Shown here: positions 29,166-38,476 of the stretch, one piece after another | Layout of the letters: each line of letters opens with the position of its first letter | How positions within the stretch are numbered: the first letter of the stretch is position 1 | Assembly: GCA_946407735.1 (NCBI GenBank) | Contig: CAMJPL010000009.1 | Span: 14,847 to 78,846, forward strand | Reading direction: 5' to 3' | DNA: 64,000 nucleotides | Source: an uncultured Clostridia bacterium | Lineage (GTDB): Bacteria > Bacillota > Clostridia > Oscillospirales > CAG-272 | Position numbers and translations under genes: made by a program | The notes under the pieces: model-generated | The model's database searches: none | What the model was told of the DNA's origin: nothing | The model's input: the letters and a program-made list of their open reading frames with translations, nothing else

Positions 29166-29461
29166 GATAGCTCTCCACAGCCCTTAGGGCTGTGACAGTC
29201 CGGCGGCTTCCGCCAGCCGGCCCGACATACGGCTTATGCGGCGCCGTACATCTCGGCGAAGCTTCCTCACGCGCCGCGTCCCGCCGCACGGGGTGCGAGA
29301 TACGTTTATTCAAGGGAGGGGGAAAACCCCTTCTGCAGAAGGGGTTTTTCCCCCTCCCTTGACCCACCCCTTTTCCCCAAGACTTTTACTAAAGGGAAAA
29401 GCGGTTTATATCGTTTTTTCTCGCTTCGCGGCGGCGCTGCTAAGCTCCGCGCCTCTATCTC
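29166..29461 (-). promoter_or_regulatory. lysine riboswitch (L-box) in the dapA-dapB leader, with an enlarged P2 arm
   Basis: The minus strand shows GATAGAGGCGCGGAGC (conserved AGAGGCGC 5' core), then TGAGGAAGCTTCGCCGAGA, CCGGCTGG and GGACTGTCACAGCCCTAAGGGCTGTGGAGAGCTATC (conserved ACUGUCA..GGAGAGC 3' core, with P1 closing GATAG/CTATC). Total span is ~296 nt against ~170-190 nt typical. Confidence 0.65.
29304..29389 (-). repeat. copy B of the G-rich palindromic element, embedded in the riboswitch P2 arm
   Basis: The minus strand reads GTAAAAGTCTTGGGGAAAAGGGGTGGGTCAA + GGGAGGGGGAAAAACCCCTTC-tgca-GAAGGGGTTTTCCCCCTCCC + TTGAATAAAC. Confidence 0.75.
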
Positions 29462-29498
29462 TGACGCCCGCCTTCTGCGGCGGCACGCCACAATATTA

Positions 29499-29527
29499 AT
29501 TTTATCACTTACTGCCGAGATTGTCAA
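29499..29527 (-). promoter_or_regulatory. dapA leader promoter TTGACA-N17-TAAAAT
   Basis: The minus strand has TTGACA (29527..29522), a 17-nt spacer and TAAAAT (29504..29499), ~35 nt upstream of the riboswitch 5' end. The -35 overlaps a plus-strand TTGTCA (29521..29526) that could serve queA. Confidence 0.65.
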
Positions 29528-29574
29528 TCTTTTATAGGGCAATATACATTAATTTATTTTAAACTTTATCGAAA

Positions 29575-30654
29575 ATGACATCATCTTGTGAAATTCCGGG
29601 CGGTGTAATAAAAAACGAGCTGCCGCCGACCGATCTTGTTACCGCCGATTTCAGCTACGATCTGCCTCAGGAGCTCATCGCCCAGACTCCGGCCCAGCCG
29701 CGCGACAGCGCCCGTCTCATGACGGTCGACCGTCGTACCGGAGCGCTTTCTCATCACGTTTTCAGCGAGATCTGCGATTTTCTGCGTCCCGGGGATGTGC
29801 TTGTCATAAACGACACCAAGGTCATCCCGGCGAGGATCTACGGCGTGAAGGATCAGTCTGGGATCGTGATGGAAACGCTGCTGCTGCGCCAGCTCACGCC
29901 CGACACATGGGAGACGATCATGCGTCCGGGACGGCGGGGAAAGGTCGGCGTGACGCTTACATACGGCGACGGCAGGCTGAGAGGCGAGATCGTCGGGACG
30001 AAGGACGACGGGGGAAGGATCATCCGCTTCGACAAGAGCGGCGCCAATCTTTACGCCGCCCTCGACGAGATAGGCACCATGCCGCTTCCTCCGTACATAA
30101 CCGAGAAGCTTGAGGATCAGAGCCAGTACAACACCGTTTACGCCCGTGAGAAGGGCTCGGCGGCCGCTCCGACGGCGGGGCTCCATTTCACGCCCGAGCT
30201 GCTTCGGAAGGTCTCGGACATGGGCGTTGACATCGTGCCGGTGCTGCTGCATGTGGGGCTCGGCACCTTCCGCCCGGTGAAGGCCGAGCATCTGACCGAC
30301 CACGTCATGCACAGCGAGTTCATAACCGTTACCGAGGACGCCGCCCGCCGCATCAACGGCCGCAGAGGTCGTCTCATCTGCGTCGGCACGACCTCCTGCC
30401 GGACTATCGAGTCGGCGGCCGACGATAAGGGCGAGATACACGCCGTCGCCGGGGACACCGGGATATTCATCTACCCCGGCTACCGGTTCAAGGCCATGGA
30501 GGGGCTGATAACGAACTTCCATCTGCCCCAGTCGACGCTCCTGATGCTCGTCTCCGCCTTCTCGAGCCGTGAGATTATGCTATCAGCGTATAAAACGGCG
30601 GTCGATATGAGATACCGCTTCTTCTCCTTCGGCGACGCCATGATGATAACCTGA
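29575..30654 (+). CDS. queA: S-adenosylmethionine:tRNA ribosyltransferase-isomerase
   Basis: DFSYDLPQELIAQTPAQPRDSARLM, GTMPLPPYI and the C-terminal YRFFSFGDAMMI are present. No obvious SD before the ATG. Confidence 0.9.
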   Translation: MTSSCEIPGGVIKNELPPTDLVTADFSYDLPQELIAQTPAQPRDSARLMTVDRRTGALSHHVFSEICDFLRPGDVLVINDTKVIPARIYGVKDQSGIVMETLLLRQLTPDTWETIMRPGRRGKVGVTLTYGDGRLRGEIVGTKDDGGRIIRFDKSGANLYAALDEIGTMPLPPYITEKLEDQSQYNTVYAREKGSAAAPTAGLHFTPELLRKVSDMGVDIVPVLLHVGLGTFRPVKAEHLTDHVMHSEFITVTEDAARRINGRRGRLICVGTTSCRTIESAADDKGEIHAVAGDTGIFIYPGYRFKAMEGLITNFHLPQSTLLMLVSAFSSREIMLSAYKTAVDMRYRFFSFGDAMMIT

Positions 30655-30670
30655 GCCGATAAATGAGACT

Positions 30671-30698
30671 GCCTCCCGCGCTTATGGGCGCGGGAGGC
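30671..30698. terminator. hairpin between convergent queA and the GH51-like gene
   Basis: GCCTCCCGCGC-ttatgg-GCGCGGGAGGC followed by GTGTTTAT. The U-tract is weak in both directions. Confidence 0.55.
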
Positions 30699-30712
30699 GT
30701 GTTTATACATGT

Positions 30713-32563
30713 TTATCCGATCTTCACCGTGATCCTCGCGGCGCTGTGAGGCGGAAGGACCGCCGTGACGCAGCCGTCTGAGAGACCTGCGTCGAGCGCG
30801 GCTTCTTTGAACACCGAATGAGGCATCACGCTGTCTGACGTAAGGAGGACGCTGTCCGTTATCTCGCCGGAGCAGGCGAAGGAGAAGGTCTTATCCTCGC
30901 CGTAATCGGCGTTTATCAGCGTGACGGTCAGTACCCCGTCCTTTATCGTCGCGGCGGCACAGTGATCGTCATCTTTCCCGACAGGGCAGAGCCTGCCGCC
31001 CTGATGCGCCCGCATCAGCTCGAACATCTGCCCGATGGCGGTGAGGCTGACGCCGTCCGGGCGGACAAGTATCGCCCCCTCGCCGACAGGCTGGAAGTAG
31101 CAGCAGACATCGGCGCCGTTTTCCGGGCATTTATACATCATCATGTGCAGCATCCGCGCGGCGTATATCCCCTCTCCGACGCAGGAGGGACGGTACCAGG
31201 CGTACCAGAAGTTCCACTCGTCGAAGGAGATCCTTATCTTATCGCAGAATCTGTCGACGCTCCTCCTCATGTCGGAGATAAGCCTCTCGGCCGGGAAGAC
31301 GGAATCCGCTATGGCTTTGTACGTTTCCTCCGTCTTTTCCGGCGTCGTGTAATCAAGCGCCGTGAAGCTGTAATGATGGAGCGAGACGTGGTCGGTCTCC
31401 GGGTAAAGCGCCGCCGCCGAGTCCCTTGCCCAGTCGTCATTCGGGTACGGGCCGGACGAGAACAGGGTGATATCGGGCGATTTCTCCTTCATCGCGGCGG
31501 CGTGCTCTCCGGCGAGCGCCGCGTAGCCTGACGGCGCGTTCGGCCCCTCCATGTGTCCGTATCCCATCTCGTTTCCGAGCGACCAGAACTTCACGTTATA
31601 CGGCTCGGGATGTCCGTTTTCGGCGCGCTTCGCCCCGTATTCGCTGTCGGCGGGGCCGTTGCAGTACTCGACCCAGTCGGCGCTGTCACGGACGCTGTTC
31701 CACGTCAGGTTGATCGTGAGGAACGGCTCGGCGCCGACCTCGCGGCAGAGGGCGATGAAGTCGTCGGTCGATATCTCGTGGAAATCGTAGCCGAAGCTGT
31801 GCGGCTGCGTCTCGATCTCCATATTCGACTGGAGCGGACCCCTCATATCGCAGGGAAGCAGCCCGTCCTTCCACCGGTACTCGCCGGCGAAGTTGCCGCC
31901 CGGCCACCGGATGATCGTCGGCCCGATTCGCCTGAGCGCCTCGACTACGTCGGCTCTCATGCCGTGGAAGCTGTCGGCTCTCATCATCGACACCGCGCCG
32001 AAGACGACCTCGGTCTTTTCGGTGAAGGTGATATACAGCCCGGCGTCACGGCAGGTTTCGTCCGGCGTGAGGATGAACGAAAGGGTATTCCAGTCTCCCG
32101 GTCCGATATCGGCCGTGTGTCCGGCGAGCGTCCTGCCGCCGGAAGACCTTATCTCGAAGCGGAGCGCGGCGGCAGACTTGCAGCTCACGGCGGCGCGTAT
32201 CTCGTACGCGGCGCCTTTTTCGGCGTAAAGCCCGCGCTGGGCCATGCCGCATACGTCCCCGGTGAGATTCTGGATGCTCTGGGAGGACAGCTCGTTCTGC
32301 CGCGCCATCTTCTCGCAGCCGATGTGCTTTGTGTACGAAGGGCGGAAATTCATCTGGAAGAAGGCGGTCTCCTCCCCTATCGGTTCCCATTCGGCGGCTA
32401 GACCGAGATTCTTCTGCGGCTTCCCGGCGAATTTGCGGTTGCGCAGCATCTGAGCCGAAAGCCCGCCGGCTCCGCCTACCGCCGAGCGGGTGTGCTCGAG
32501 ATTGTGACCGAAGATATACGGCGAGAGCTCTATCGCGCCGTTTATGTCGATGCTTAAAGTCAT
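30713..32563 (-). CDS. GH51-like alpha-L-arabinofuranosidase
   Basis: IFGHNLEHTRSAV, IIRWPGGNFAGEYRWKDG and KFWSLGNEMGYG match the GH51 layout (PGGNF.., acid/base GNE). No signal peptide. AAAGGAAA RBS. Confidence 0.7.
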   Translation of the reverse strand: MTLSIDINGAIELSPYIFGHNLEHTRSAVGGAGGLSAQMLRNRKFAGKPQKNLGLAAEWEPIGEETAFFQMNFRPSYTKHIGCEKMARQNELSSQSIQNLTGDVCGMAQRGLYAEKGAAYEIRAAVSCKSAAALRFEIRSSGGRTLAGHTADIGPGDWNTLSFILTPDETCRDAGLYITFTEKTEVVFGAVSMMRADSFHGMRADVVEALRRIGPTIIRWPGGNFAGEYRWKDGLLPCDMRGPLQSNMEIETQPHSFGYDFHEISTDDFIALCREVGAEPFLTINLTWNSVRDSADWVEYCNGPADSEYGAKRAENGHPEPYNVKFWSLGNEMGYGHMEGPNAPSGYAALAGEHAAAMKEKSPDITLFSSGPYPNDDWARDSAAALYPETDHVSLHHYSFTALDYTTPEKTEETYKAIADSVFPAERLISDMRRSVDRFCDKIRISFDEWNFWYAWYRPSCVGEGIYAARMLHMMMYKCPENGADVCCYFQPVGEGAILVRPDGVSLTAIGQMFELMRAHQGGRLCPVGKDDDHCAAATIKDGVLTVTLINADYGEDKTFSFACSGEITDSVLLTSDSVMPHSVFKEAALDAGLSDGCVTAVLPPHSAARITVKIG

Positions 32564-32614
32564 TCTTCGTTTCCTTTCCGGCCTTTTCCGACCGTGACGG
32601 ACTGGAACCGGATC

Positions 32615-33532
32615 TTACGGCAGGCGGTTCCCGGCGGCGAGGTACATTCTGTACCAGTCCTCTCTCGTCATCGTAACCTCCGTTCCGGCGGCGATCTCGG
32701 CGAGACGCCCGGCGTTCATCGTGCCGGAGATCATCATTATGTTCGCCGGATGGCGGAGCACCCACGCCGTGATTATGCCGTTGTCGGTGACACCGTATTT
32801 TTCGGCGAGCTCGGCTATGACCTTGCTCAGCTCGGCGTATTTCTCCGAGCCGAGGAAGACGCCCTCGAAGAAGCCGTACTGGAACGGCGACCACGCCTGG
32901 ATGGTGATATCCTTTAAGCGGCAGTATTCGAGCACCCCTCCGTCGCGGACGGCTGCGGAGTCGAACATCGTGTTGACGTTGAGCCCCGAGTCGATCATCC
33001 CGGTGTGGGCGGGACCGAACTGCAGCTGATCGGCGATGATGGGCTGATTCAGATACTTCGACAGCAGCTCCATCTGGCCGGGATTCTGGTTGGAAACGCC
33101 GAAATGCAGGACCTTGCCCGACGATTTCAGCTGATCGAAGGCCTCCGCGACCTCCTCCGGTTCCATCAGCGTATCGGGACGGTGCAGGAGAAGCACGTCG
33201 AGATAGTCGGTGCGAAGGCGCTTCAGCGATCCGTCGACCGCCTCGAGGATATGCTCCTTCGAGAAGTCGTACATTCCCTTGCGGATGCCGCATTTCGACT
33301 GTATGAAGATCTTCTCGCGGACGTCGTCGTTCATGCCGGCGGCGTCGGCGAATACGCTCTCGCAGGAGCCGCCGCCGTAGATGTCGGCGTGATCGAAGAA
33401 ATTGAGACCGAGGTCTATGGCGGTTTTTACGAATTCCTCCGCCTTTTTCCCGGCGATCCCGGCGAGCCTCATGCATCCGACGGCTACGGGCGGCACGCGA
33501 AGCCCGGAAACTCCCAGCTCCATTGTTCTCAT
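32615..33532 (-). CDS. aldo/keto reductase
   Basis: NFFDHADIYGGGSCE, LLHRPD and VLHFGVSN are AKR motifs. 305 aa. Confidence 0.85.
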   Translation of the reverse strand: MRTMELGVSGLRVPPVAVGCMRLAGIAGKKAEEFVKTAIDLGLNFFDHADIYGGGSCESVFADAAGMNDDVREKIFIQSKCGIRKGMYDFSKEHILEAVDGSLKRLRTDYLDVLLLHRPDTLMEPEEVAEAFDQLKSSGKVLHFGVSNQNPGQMELLSKYLNQPIIADQLQFGPAHTGMIDSGLNVNTMFDSAAVRDGGVLEYCRLKDITIQAWSPFQYGFFEGVFLGSEKYAELSKVIAELAEKYGVTDNGIITAWVLRHPANIMMISGTMNAGRLAEIAAGTEVTMTREDWYRMYLAAGNRLP

Positions 33533-33658
33533 GATATTTTCCCTTTCATGTCTGTTTATTTATGATATCCTTGCTGTATCAATGATTATATCATATAACC
33601 CACGGCATTTCAAGCCCTGCGCGGGAGCCGGAAAATAATTTACACTTGACGCCGTCTG

Positions 33659-33687
33659 TTGACAAACCCGCCGTCCGATGCTATAAT
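33659..33687 (+). promoter_or_regulatory. consensus promoter TTGACA-N17-TATAAT upstream of thiN
   Basis: TTGACA at 33659..33664, a 17-nt spacer and TATAAT at 33682..33687, with the ATG at 33726. Confidence 0.65.
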
Positions 33688-33725
33688 AATAGTCGTAAAA
33701 ATGCGAAAAGGACATCCTGATCATT

Positions 33726-34397
33726 ATGGAAAATACGGAAAAAAAGCGCTGCGTCGTCGTCGCGGCGGGAAATCTTTTCGGGCGGCGGATAGAGGCTGGG
33801 CCGGGCGATCTCGTGATCGCCGCCGACGCCGGGTACAGATACTGCGTGGAGCAGGGGATAAAATACGACATCCTTGTCGGGGATTTCGACTCGGCTCCGC
33901 GTCCCGATTTTCACGGCGAGACGGTCGCTCTGCCGGTGAGAAAGGACGTCACCGACACGTGGCAGGCGATGGAGATCGCCGCCGAAAGGGGATATGACGA
34001 GATAATCCTGTACGGCGGAGGCGGCGGGAGGATAGATCATACTCTCGCGAACATACAGACCGTCTGCGCCCACGCGATCGAGGAAAGACGCGTGACGATG
34101 CTTGACGACGGCATGGCGCTTACCGCCGTTCACAACGGCGTCCTGCGTGTCGCGAAGCCGCCGTTCGACGACAGTGCGGCGGCGTCGCCTGAGGATCAGC
34201 CGCATATCGGCGTCTTCGCCTTCGGCGGCAGAGCCGAGGGCGTTTCGATAAGCGGCACGCTGTACACGATGGAGGACGGCTGTCTTGAAAACACCTTCCC
34301 CCTCGGCGTGTCGAACCTGTTCGCCGCCGGATGCGGCGAAGCCGTCGTTTCGGTGAAAAGCGGCACTCTTATCGTCTGCTGGCAGGACAGGATATAA
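33726..34397 (+). CDS. thiN: thiamine diphosphokinase
   Basis: ILVGDFDS, KDVTDTWQAMEIA and YGGGGGRIDHTLANI are TPK catalytic motifs, followed by a C-terminal thiamine-binding domain. Confidence 0.85.
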   Translation: MENTEKKRCVVVAAGNLFGRRIEAGPGDLVIAADAGYRYCVEQGIKYDILVGDFDSAPRPDFHGETVALPVRKDVTDTWQAMEIAAERGYDEIILYGGGGGRIDHTLANIQTVCAHAIEERRVTMLDDGMALTAVHNGVLRVAKPPFDDSAAASPEDQPHIGVFAFGGRAEGVSISGTLYTMEDGCLENTFPLGVSNLFAAGCGEAVVSVKSGTLIVCWQDRI

Positions 34398-34514
34398 ATC
34401 ATTTCCGTTTTTTTGACTTTTTTTCGGATTCGGCGGAACACTTTCGCCTCCGCGGCGTCATACTGAGCAGACAGCATTCAATAATTGAGAAATCTATCGA
34501 AAAGAGGGTATATC

Positions 34515-36809
34515 ATGAAATCGGCAAACAAAAACCGCGCCGTCGTTCTGGCGGCTCTTCTGGCGGCTTCGGCGGCCGTCCCGGTCTTCGCGGCCGGAGT
34601 GGTGTCAGAGCCTTACATCCCGGCCGGCGTAGCCGTCGCGACGACGGTCAGTCCGCCGGCACCCATCGCTGTCGCCGCTCCTGTTGCGGAGCCAGCTCCG
34701 GCGTCCCCGGCTCCTTCCGCGAAAAAGTCTCAATCGTCCTCCGAAGCCGACGCTTCCGAGGCGATAAAGGCGGCGAAGAAGATCTTCGGCTCGACAGACG
34801 AGTACAAGAAGGTCGAAACATACTCGTCAAAGCAGGGCGATCTCACTCTTTTCGACATAGAGTGGTCGGACGGCGGCGAGCGGAAGAACATGTCCGTCAC
34901 GATGGGCTCGGACGGGATCCTTTACAGCTATTATCTCGATCAGGACTCGGTGAATTACAACAGGATTGTCGAGCCTTCGATCACAAGGCTCGAGGCGGCG
35001 AAAAAGGGACTTGAGTTCATAAAGAAGGTCTATCCCGATATATCCGGCGATTTCAGCGCCGACTGGTCGGATGTCACCTACAGCTCATACGGCCGCTTCA
35101 ATCTCGAGTTCAGGCGGGTGCATGACGGATATCCCGTCGGCGAGGAATACATCTCGATGACGACGGACGCTGACGGCGAGATATACTCGGTAAATAACAA
35201 CGCGACATACGCCCTCGTCTTTCCCGAGGCCGAAACCATATCCGACGCCGAGCTCGTCTCCGTCATAAAGAGCGAGCTTCCGATGAAGCTGAGATACGAG
35301 AGCTGGTACCCGGACGGCTACGGCAGGGACAAGAAGGCGCAGATACGCCTCGTCTACGTACCGAACGACGATTACGGCCGCTATTTCATCGGCGCGGCTG
35401 ACGGTGAGCTTTATACCTATACATACGACTGGGCGAGAGCCGGAGGAAGCAAGAATTACTACGCCGCCGACATGGCTACGGCCGCCGCTCCAATGCCCGA
35501 GGCTGCCGAGGAGGATTCAGGACTTTCCGCCGCCGAGCAGGAATCGGTCGAGCTGCTTTCCTCGATACTGACGGCTGAAAAGGCCGCCGAAAAGGTTCTG
35601 AAAGACAAGGAGCTTTACTTCGCTGCGGCGAAGGACGGGGAAGTTTCGTTCAAGCTCTCTCATTCGCGGCTGTATAAGGAGACGTCCACATATTCCGACG
35701 CCGAGAGATACATATGGAACCTTGAGTTCAGCGACTCCGAAGGCCGCTGGAGCTCGGCATCGGTCAACGCCGACACCGGCGAGCTGATATCCTTCTCGTC
35801 GTATTCCGACCAGTGGAAGGCCGCGTCGGATTATAAGCTCGGCTATGACGACTGCGCAAAGATCGCCGACAAATTCATCGCCGCGCGTCTGCCCGACATC
35901 TATGGCGAATACACGCTTAAAGAGAACGACTACTGGATCACCGCCGAAAAAAGCGAGGAATACATCAGCACATACAGCTTCTCGTATGTCCGCGTGGTGA
36001 ACGGCATCGAGTATCAGGCCGACAGGATAAGCGTCCAGATCGAGCCTGAAAACGGCCTTGTCAGCCAGTTCGGCTACAGCTACGCCGACGCCTCCTTCCC
36101 GGATCCGAAGAAGGCCGTGACCGCCGATCACGCCGCCGACGTCTATTACCGCACGGCCGAGCTGCAGCGCTCATGGATCGCCGTCGAGACCGGGGAAAAG
36201 TCTGACGAGTGCGATCTCATAATCGCCTCCGGCGCCGCCGTCGGCAAGCCGGTGAAGGCCATGCTCGTCACTAAGGCCGTCAGCTTCAAGGTCGACGCGA
36301 TAAAGAGCAGCATGCTCCAGACACCGTATGACGTCAAGGCCGAAAAGTCGGTCTACGCCTTCTCAGATATCGCCGGAAACAAATACGAGGACGCGATAAA
36401 CCGCCTCGCCGATATGAGCATCATTGATTTCAAGGCGAAGTATGAGCCCGACAAGGCGATCTCCGAGTCCGATCTCACCGCCATGATCAACGCCGCCGGA
36501 AGACGCTGGTATTATTACAGCTCCGAGGGCAAGCTCCGCGACACCATGACCCGCATCGAAGCGCTGAAGGTCATCGTCTCCACCCTCGGATGGGACGAGA
36601 TCGCCTCGCACAGCGAGATATTCAGGCTCGATGAGGACGCCGCCGTGAATCTCGACGCAGAAGACGTCGGTTATATGGCGGTCGCGAAGGCTGTCGGCAT
36701 GCTGGATTACATCGGCACAAGCTACGACGTCTCCCGCACCTTCTCCCGCGGCGAAGCCGCCGCTCTTGTGAGCGCGTACATCGACTATCTCATGACGAAG
36801 AACGGCTGA
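34515..36809 (+). CDS. secreted cell-wall protein with PepSY-like repeats and C-terminal SLH-like domains
   Basis: ATG at 34515 after AAGAGGG. Signal peptide MKSANKNRAVVLAALLAASAAVPVFA, then an Ala/Pro-rich linker. Repeated ..F(I)KKVYPDISGDF / FIAARLPDIYGEY modules. The C-terminal FSDIAGNKYEDAINRLADMSII and SRTFSRGEAAALV resemble SLH repeats. Confidence 0.6.
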   Translation: MKSANKNRAVVLAALLAASAAVPVFAAGVVSEPYIPAGVAVATTVSPPAPIAVAAPVAEPAPASPAPSAKKSQSSSEADASEAIKAAKKIFGSTDEYKKVETYSSKQGDLTLFDIEWSDGGERKNMSVTMGSDGILYSYYLDQDSVNYNRIVEPSITRLEAAKKGLEFIKKVYPDISGDFSADWSDVTYSSYGRFNLEFRRVHDGYPVGEEYISMTTDADGEIYSVNNNATYALVFPEAETISDAELVSVIKSELPMKLRYESWYPDGYGRDKKAQIRLVYVPNDDYGRYFIGAADGELYTYTYDWARAGGSKNYYAADMATAAAPMPEAAEEDSGLSAAEQESVELLSSILTAEKAAEKVLKDKELYFAAAKDGEVSFKLSHSRLYKETSTYSDAERYIWNLEFSDSEGRWSSASVNADTGELISFSSYSDQWKAASDYKLGYDDCAKIADKFIAARLPDIYGEYTLKENDYWITAEKSEEYISTYSFSYVRVVNGIEYQADRISVQIEPENGLVSQFGYSYADASFPDPKKAVTADHAADVYYRTAELQRSWIAVETGEKSDECDLIIASGAAVGKPVKAMLVTKAVSFKVDAIKSSMLQTPYDVKAEKSVYAFSDIAGNKYEDAINRLADMSIIDFKAKYEPDKAISESDLTAMINAAGRRWYYYSSEGKLRDTMTRIEALKVIVSTLGWDEIASHSEIFRLDEDAAVNLDAEDVGYMAVAKAVGMLDYIGTSYDVSRTFSRGEAAALVSAYIDYLMTKNG

Positions 36810-36828
36810 CAGGACCTATATAACAAAA

Positions 36829-36862
36829 GCGAAGCCCGATAAGCGGGGGCTTCGCTTTTTTT
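36829..36862 (+). terminator. intrinsic terminator
   Basis: GCGAAGCCC-gataagcgg-GGGCTTCGC followed by TTTTTTT. Confidence 0.8.
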
Positions 36863-36881
36863 CGTGATCATTCTAGATTTG

Positions 36882-37667
36882 TCATTTTTTCACATATGTG
36901 AGCCTGACGGACGGGGCGTCGGCGACGAAGATCTCAGCCGTGATGACGCCGTTTTCATACCGCATGGAGGAGAAGAATCCGACGAGCTGCACGGCGGGAT
37001 CGGCGTCGATTATAGATATCCAGCCGCCAGAGTTGTGCCTTACCGCCGCGACTCTGACGGTATAGTCGACGCTCTCATCGTCTCCGATCTCGAGTATGCC
37101 GTCCTTGAAGCGGAGCTCGGACGGGAAATCGTCGGACACCCATCTGCCCTCGAGCTCGGGCAGCAGTTCGCCGCTTATCACCGTCACGTCGCCGTAGCGG
37201 CTGTTCGTCGTCGGGTACAGCGTCTCGACCCTCTCGCCGGAGAATCTGAACTCGTCTACGAAGACGATGGCTCCGTCTTCATAGCGGCATTCCTTCACCA
37301 CGGCGTACGGATCGTCCGACGGGCTGTTCCTCAGACCGTTTTCGGCGAGCTTGAGTATTATCTTCCCGTCCTTTTCCTCGATCGTGAATTCGGTCTCGAG
37401 CACCGGGCTGCTGTTCCAGAGCCGTATCATCCTGCTACCGTCGATCTCGGCGCGCGGGCCGACATACCCCTCCGGCTCCCACGCCCCGTCAAGCGAAATG
37501 CCGTCCGACAGCCTGCCGCCGTTTTCGCTCATAGTCTCACCCTCCGTTTGTCCCTGCGGCTTATCTGTCTGCGCCGGTCTCGTCATCAGCGCCGCCGCTG
37601 CCGCCGTGAGCGCCGCGATGATCAGCAGGATCGCTCCCTTCATTTTTATACCGCCTCGTTTCGTCAT
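36882..37667 (-). CDS. hypothetical secreted/membrane-anchored protein
   Basis: Start taken at Met9 (37667), with Met17 (37643) as an alternative. N-terminal MTKRGGIKMKGAILLIIAALTAAAAAL is a signal anchor. No recognisable domain. Confidence 0.55.
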   Translation of the reverse strand: MTKRGGIKMKGAILLIIAALTAAAAALMTRPAQTDKPQGQTEGETMSENGGRLSDGISLDGAWEPEGYVGPRAEIDGSRMIRLWNSSPVLETEFTIEEKDGKIILKLAENGLRNSPSDDPYAVVKECRYEDGAIVFVDEFRFSGERVETLYPTTNSRYGDVTVISGELLPELEGRWVSDDFPSELRFKDGILEIGDDESVDYTVRVAAVRHNSGGWISIIDADPAVQLVGFFSSMRYENGVITAEIFVADAPSVRLTYVKK

Positions 37668-37845
37668 TTTCCCGTTCCCCTTTTCATCCATTATATCATG
37701 CCGGGTGTCTCATGTCAAGCGAAAAAAGGCGTCTCACGGCCGAAAAAGGGCGGCAAAGCGTCAAAACTATTCTTATGGGTAGTTGCGCCGGAGCGCCGTG
37801 AGGAGTATAATATGGATAGACGCTCAGCGGAAGGGAGGGAATACT

Positions 37846-38430
37846 ATGCCGGATATGGCTGATCTCGCGGCGGCGTACACGCCGAGGACGGTGTCTCTGC
37901 CCGACGGCATGAATCTGTACGGCCTGCTTGACGCTCTCACGAAGGCGTCGGGCGTCTTTCCCACCGCGTTCGGTCTGCGCGACACCAGCCTCGGGCGCGC
38001 GATAAGGTTCGAGCGGGAGCCGCAGACGGGGCTCGCCGTGCACGTCCTCGTCTCTGACGGCAGAGCGACCGTCATGCCGGTGATAACCGAAAGCGGCGAC
38101 GAAGGCTTCGGCGGGTATATGACCCGCCTGAGGACGAGATATATCGACGCCATGACCGACTCGATAGAGGCGGCGGCGAGAGGCGTAATTACCGAGAGGG
38201 TGACGCCGTCCGTCACATACGGCGGGCACAGGGCGCTCTATCGGCGGACTGCTCTTATTCTGGCGGTGTTCCTCGGCGTTTTCGGGGCGCACAGGTTCTA
38301 TGCAGGAAAAAAAGTCAGCGGCGCTATATGGCTGCTGACTTTGGGATTGTTCGGTCTCGGCTGGATCGCCGACATCGCGGCGATCATCGGCGGAACGTTT
38401 CTCGACTCATACGGGGAAACGCTGCTCTGA
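37846..38430 (+). CDS. TM2-domain membrane protein
   Basis: ATG at 37846 after GGGAGGG. C-terminal LAVFLGVFGAHRFYAGK..LLTLGLFGLGWIADI is the TM2 domain. The ~130-aa N-terminal soluble domain is unknown. Confidence 0.75.
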   Translation: MPDMADLAAAYTPRTVSLPDGMNLYGLLDALTKASGVFPTAFGLRDTSLGRAIRFEREPQTGLAVHVLVSDGRATVMPVITESGDEGFGGYMTRLRTRYIDAMTDSIEAAARGVITERVTPSVTYGGHRALYRRTALILAVFLGVFGAHRFYAGKKVSGAIWLLTLGLFGLGWIADIAAIIGGTFLDSYGETLL

Positions 38431-38476
38431 CCTTGTCATGCCGCCCCTCAGCGGACGGCGGATAAGCCGACGGCTG

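Noticed and set aside
29293-29400. ATAAAC-like motifs on both sides of the element copies, as possible target-site duplications.
   Set aside because: The right-hand AATAAA(C/T) is conserved in all copies and so is more likely part of the element. The left-hand matches sit at variable distance in AT-rich spacers. Insertion footprints cannot be claimed without empty-site comparisons.
33533-33725. Possible TPP riboswitch upstream of thiN.
   Set aside because: No CUGAGA / ACCUGAUCUGGAUAAUGCCAGCG-like core is present. The spacer contains only a consensus promoter and a short leader.
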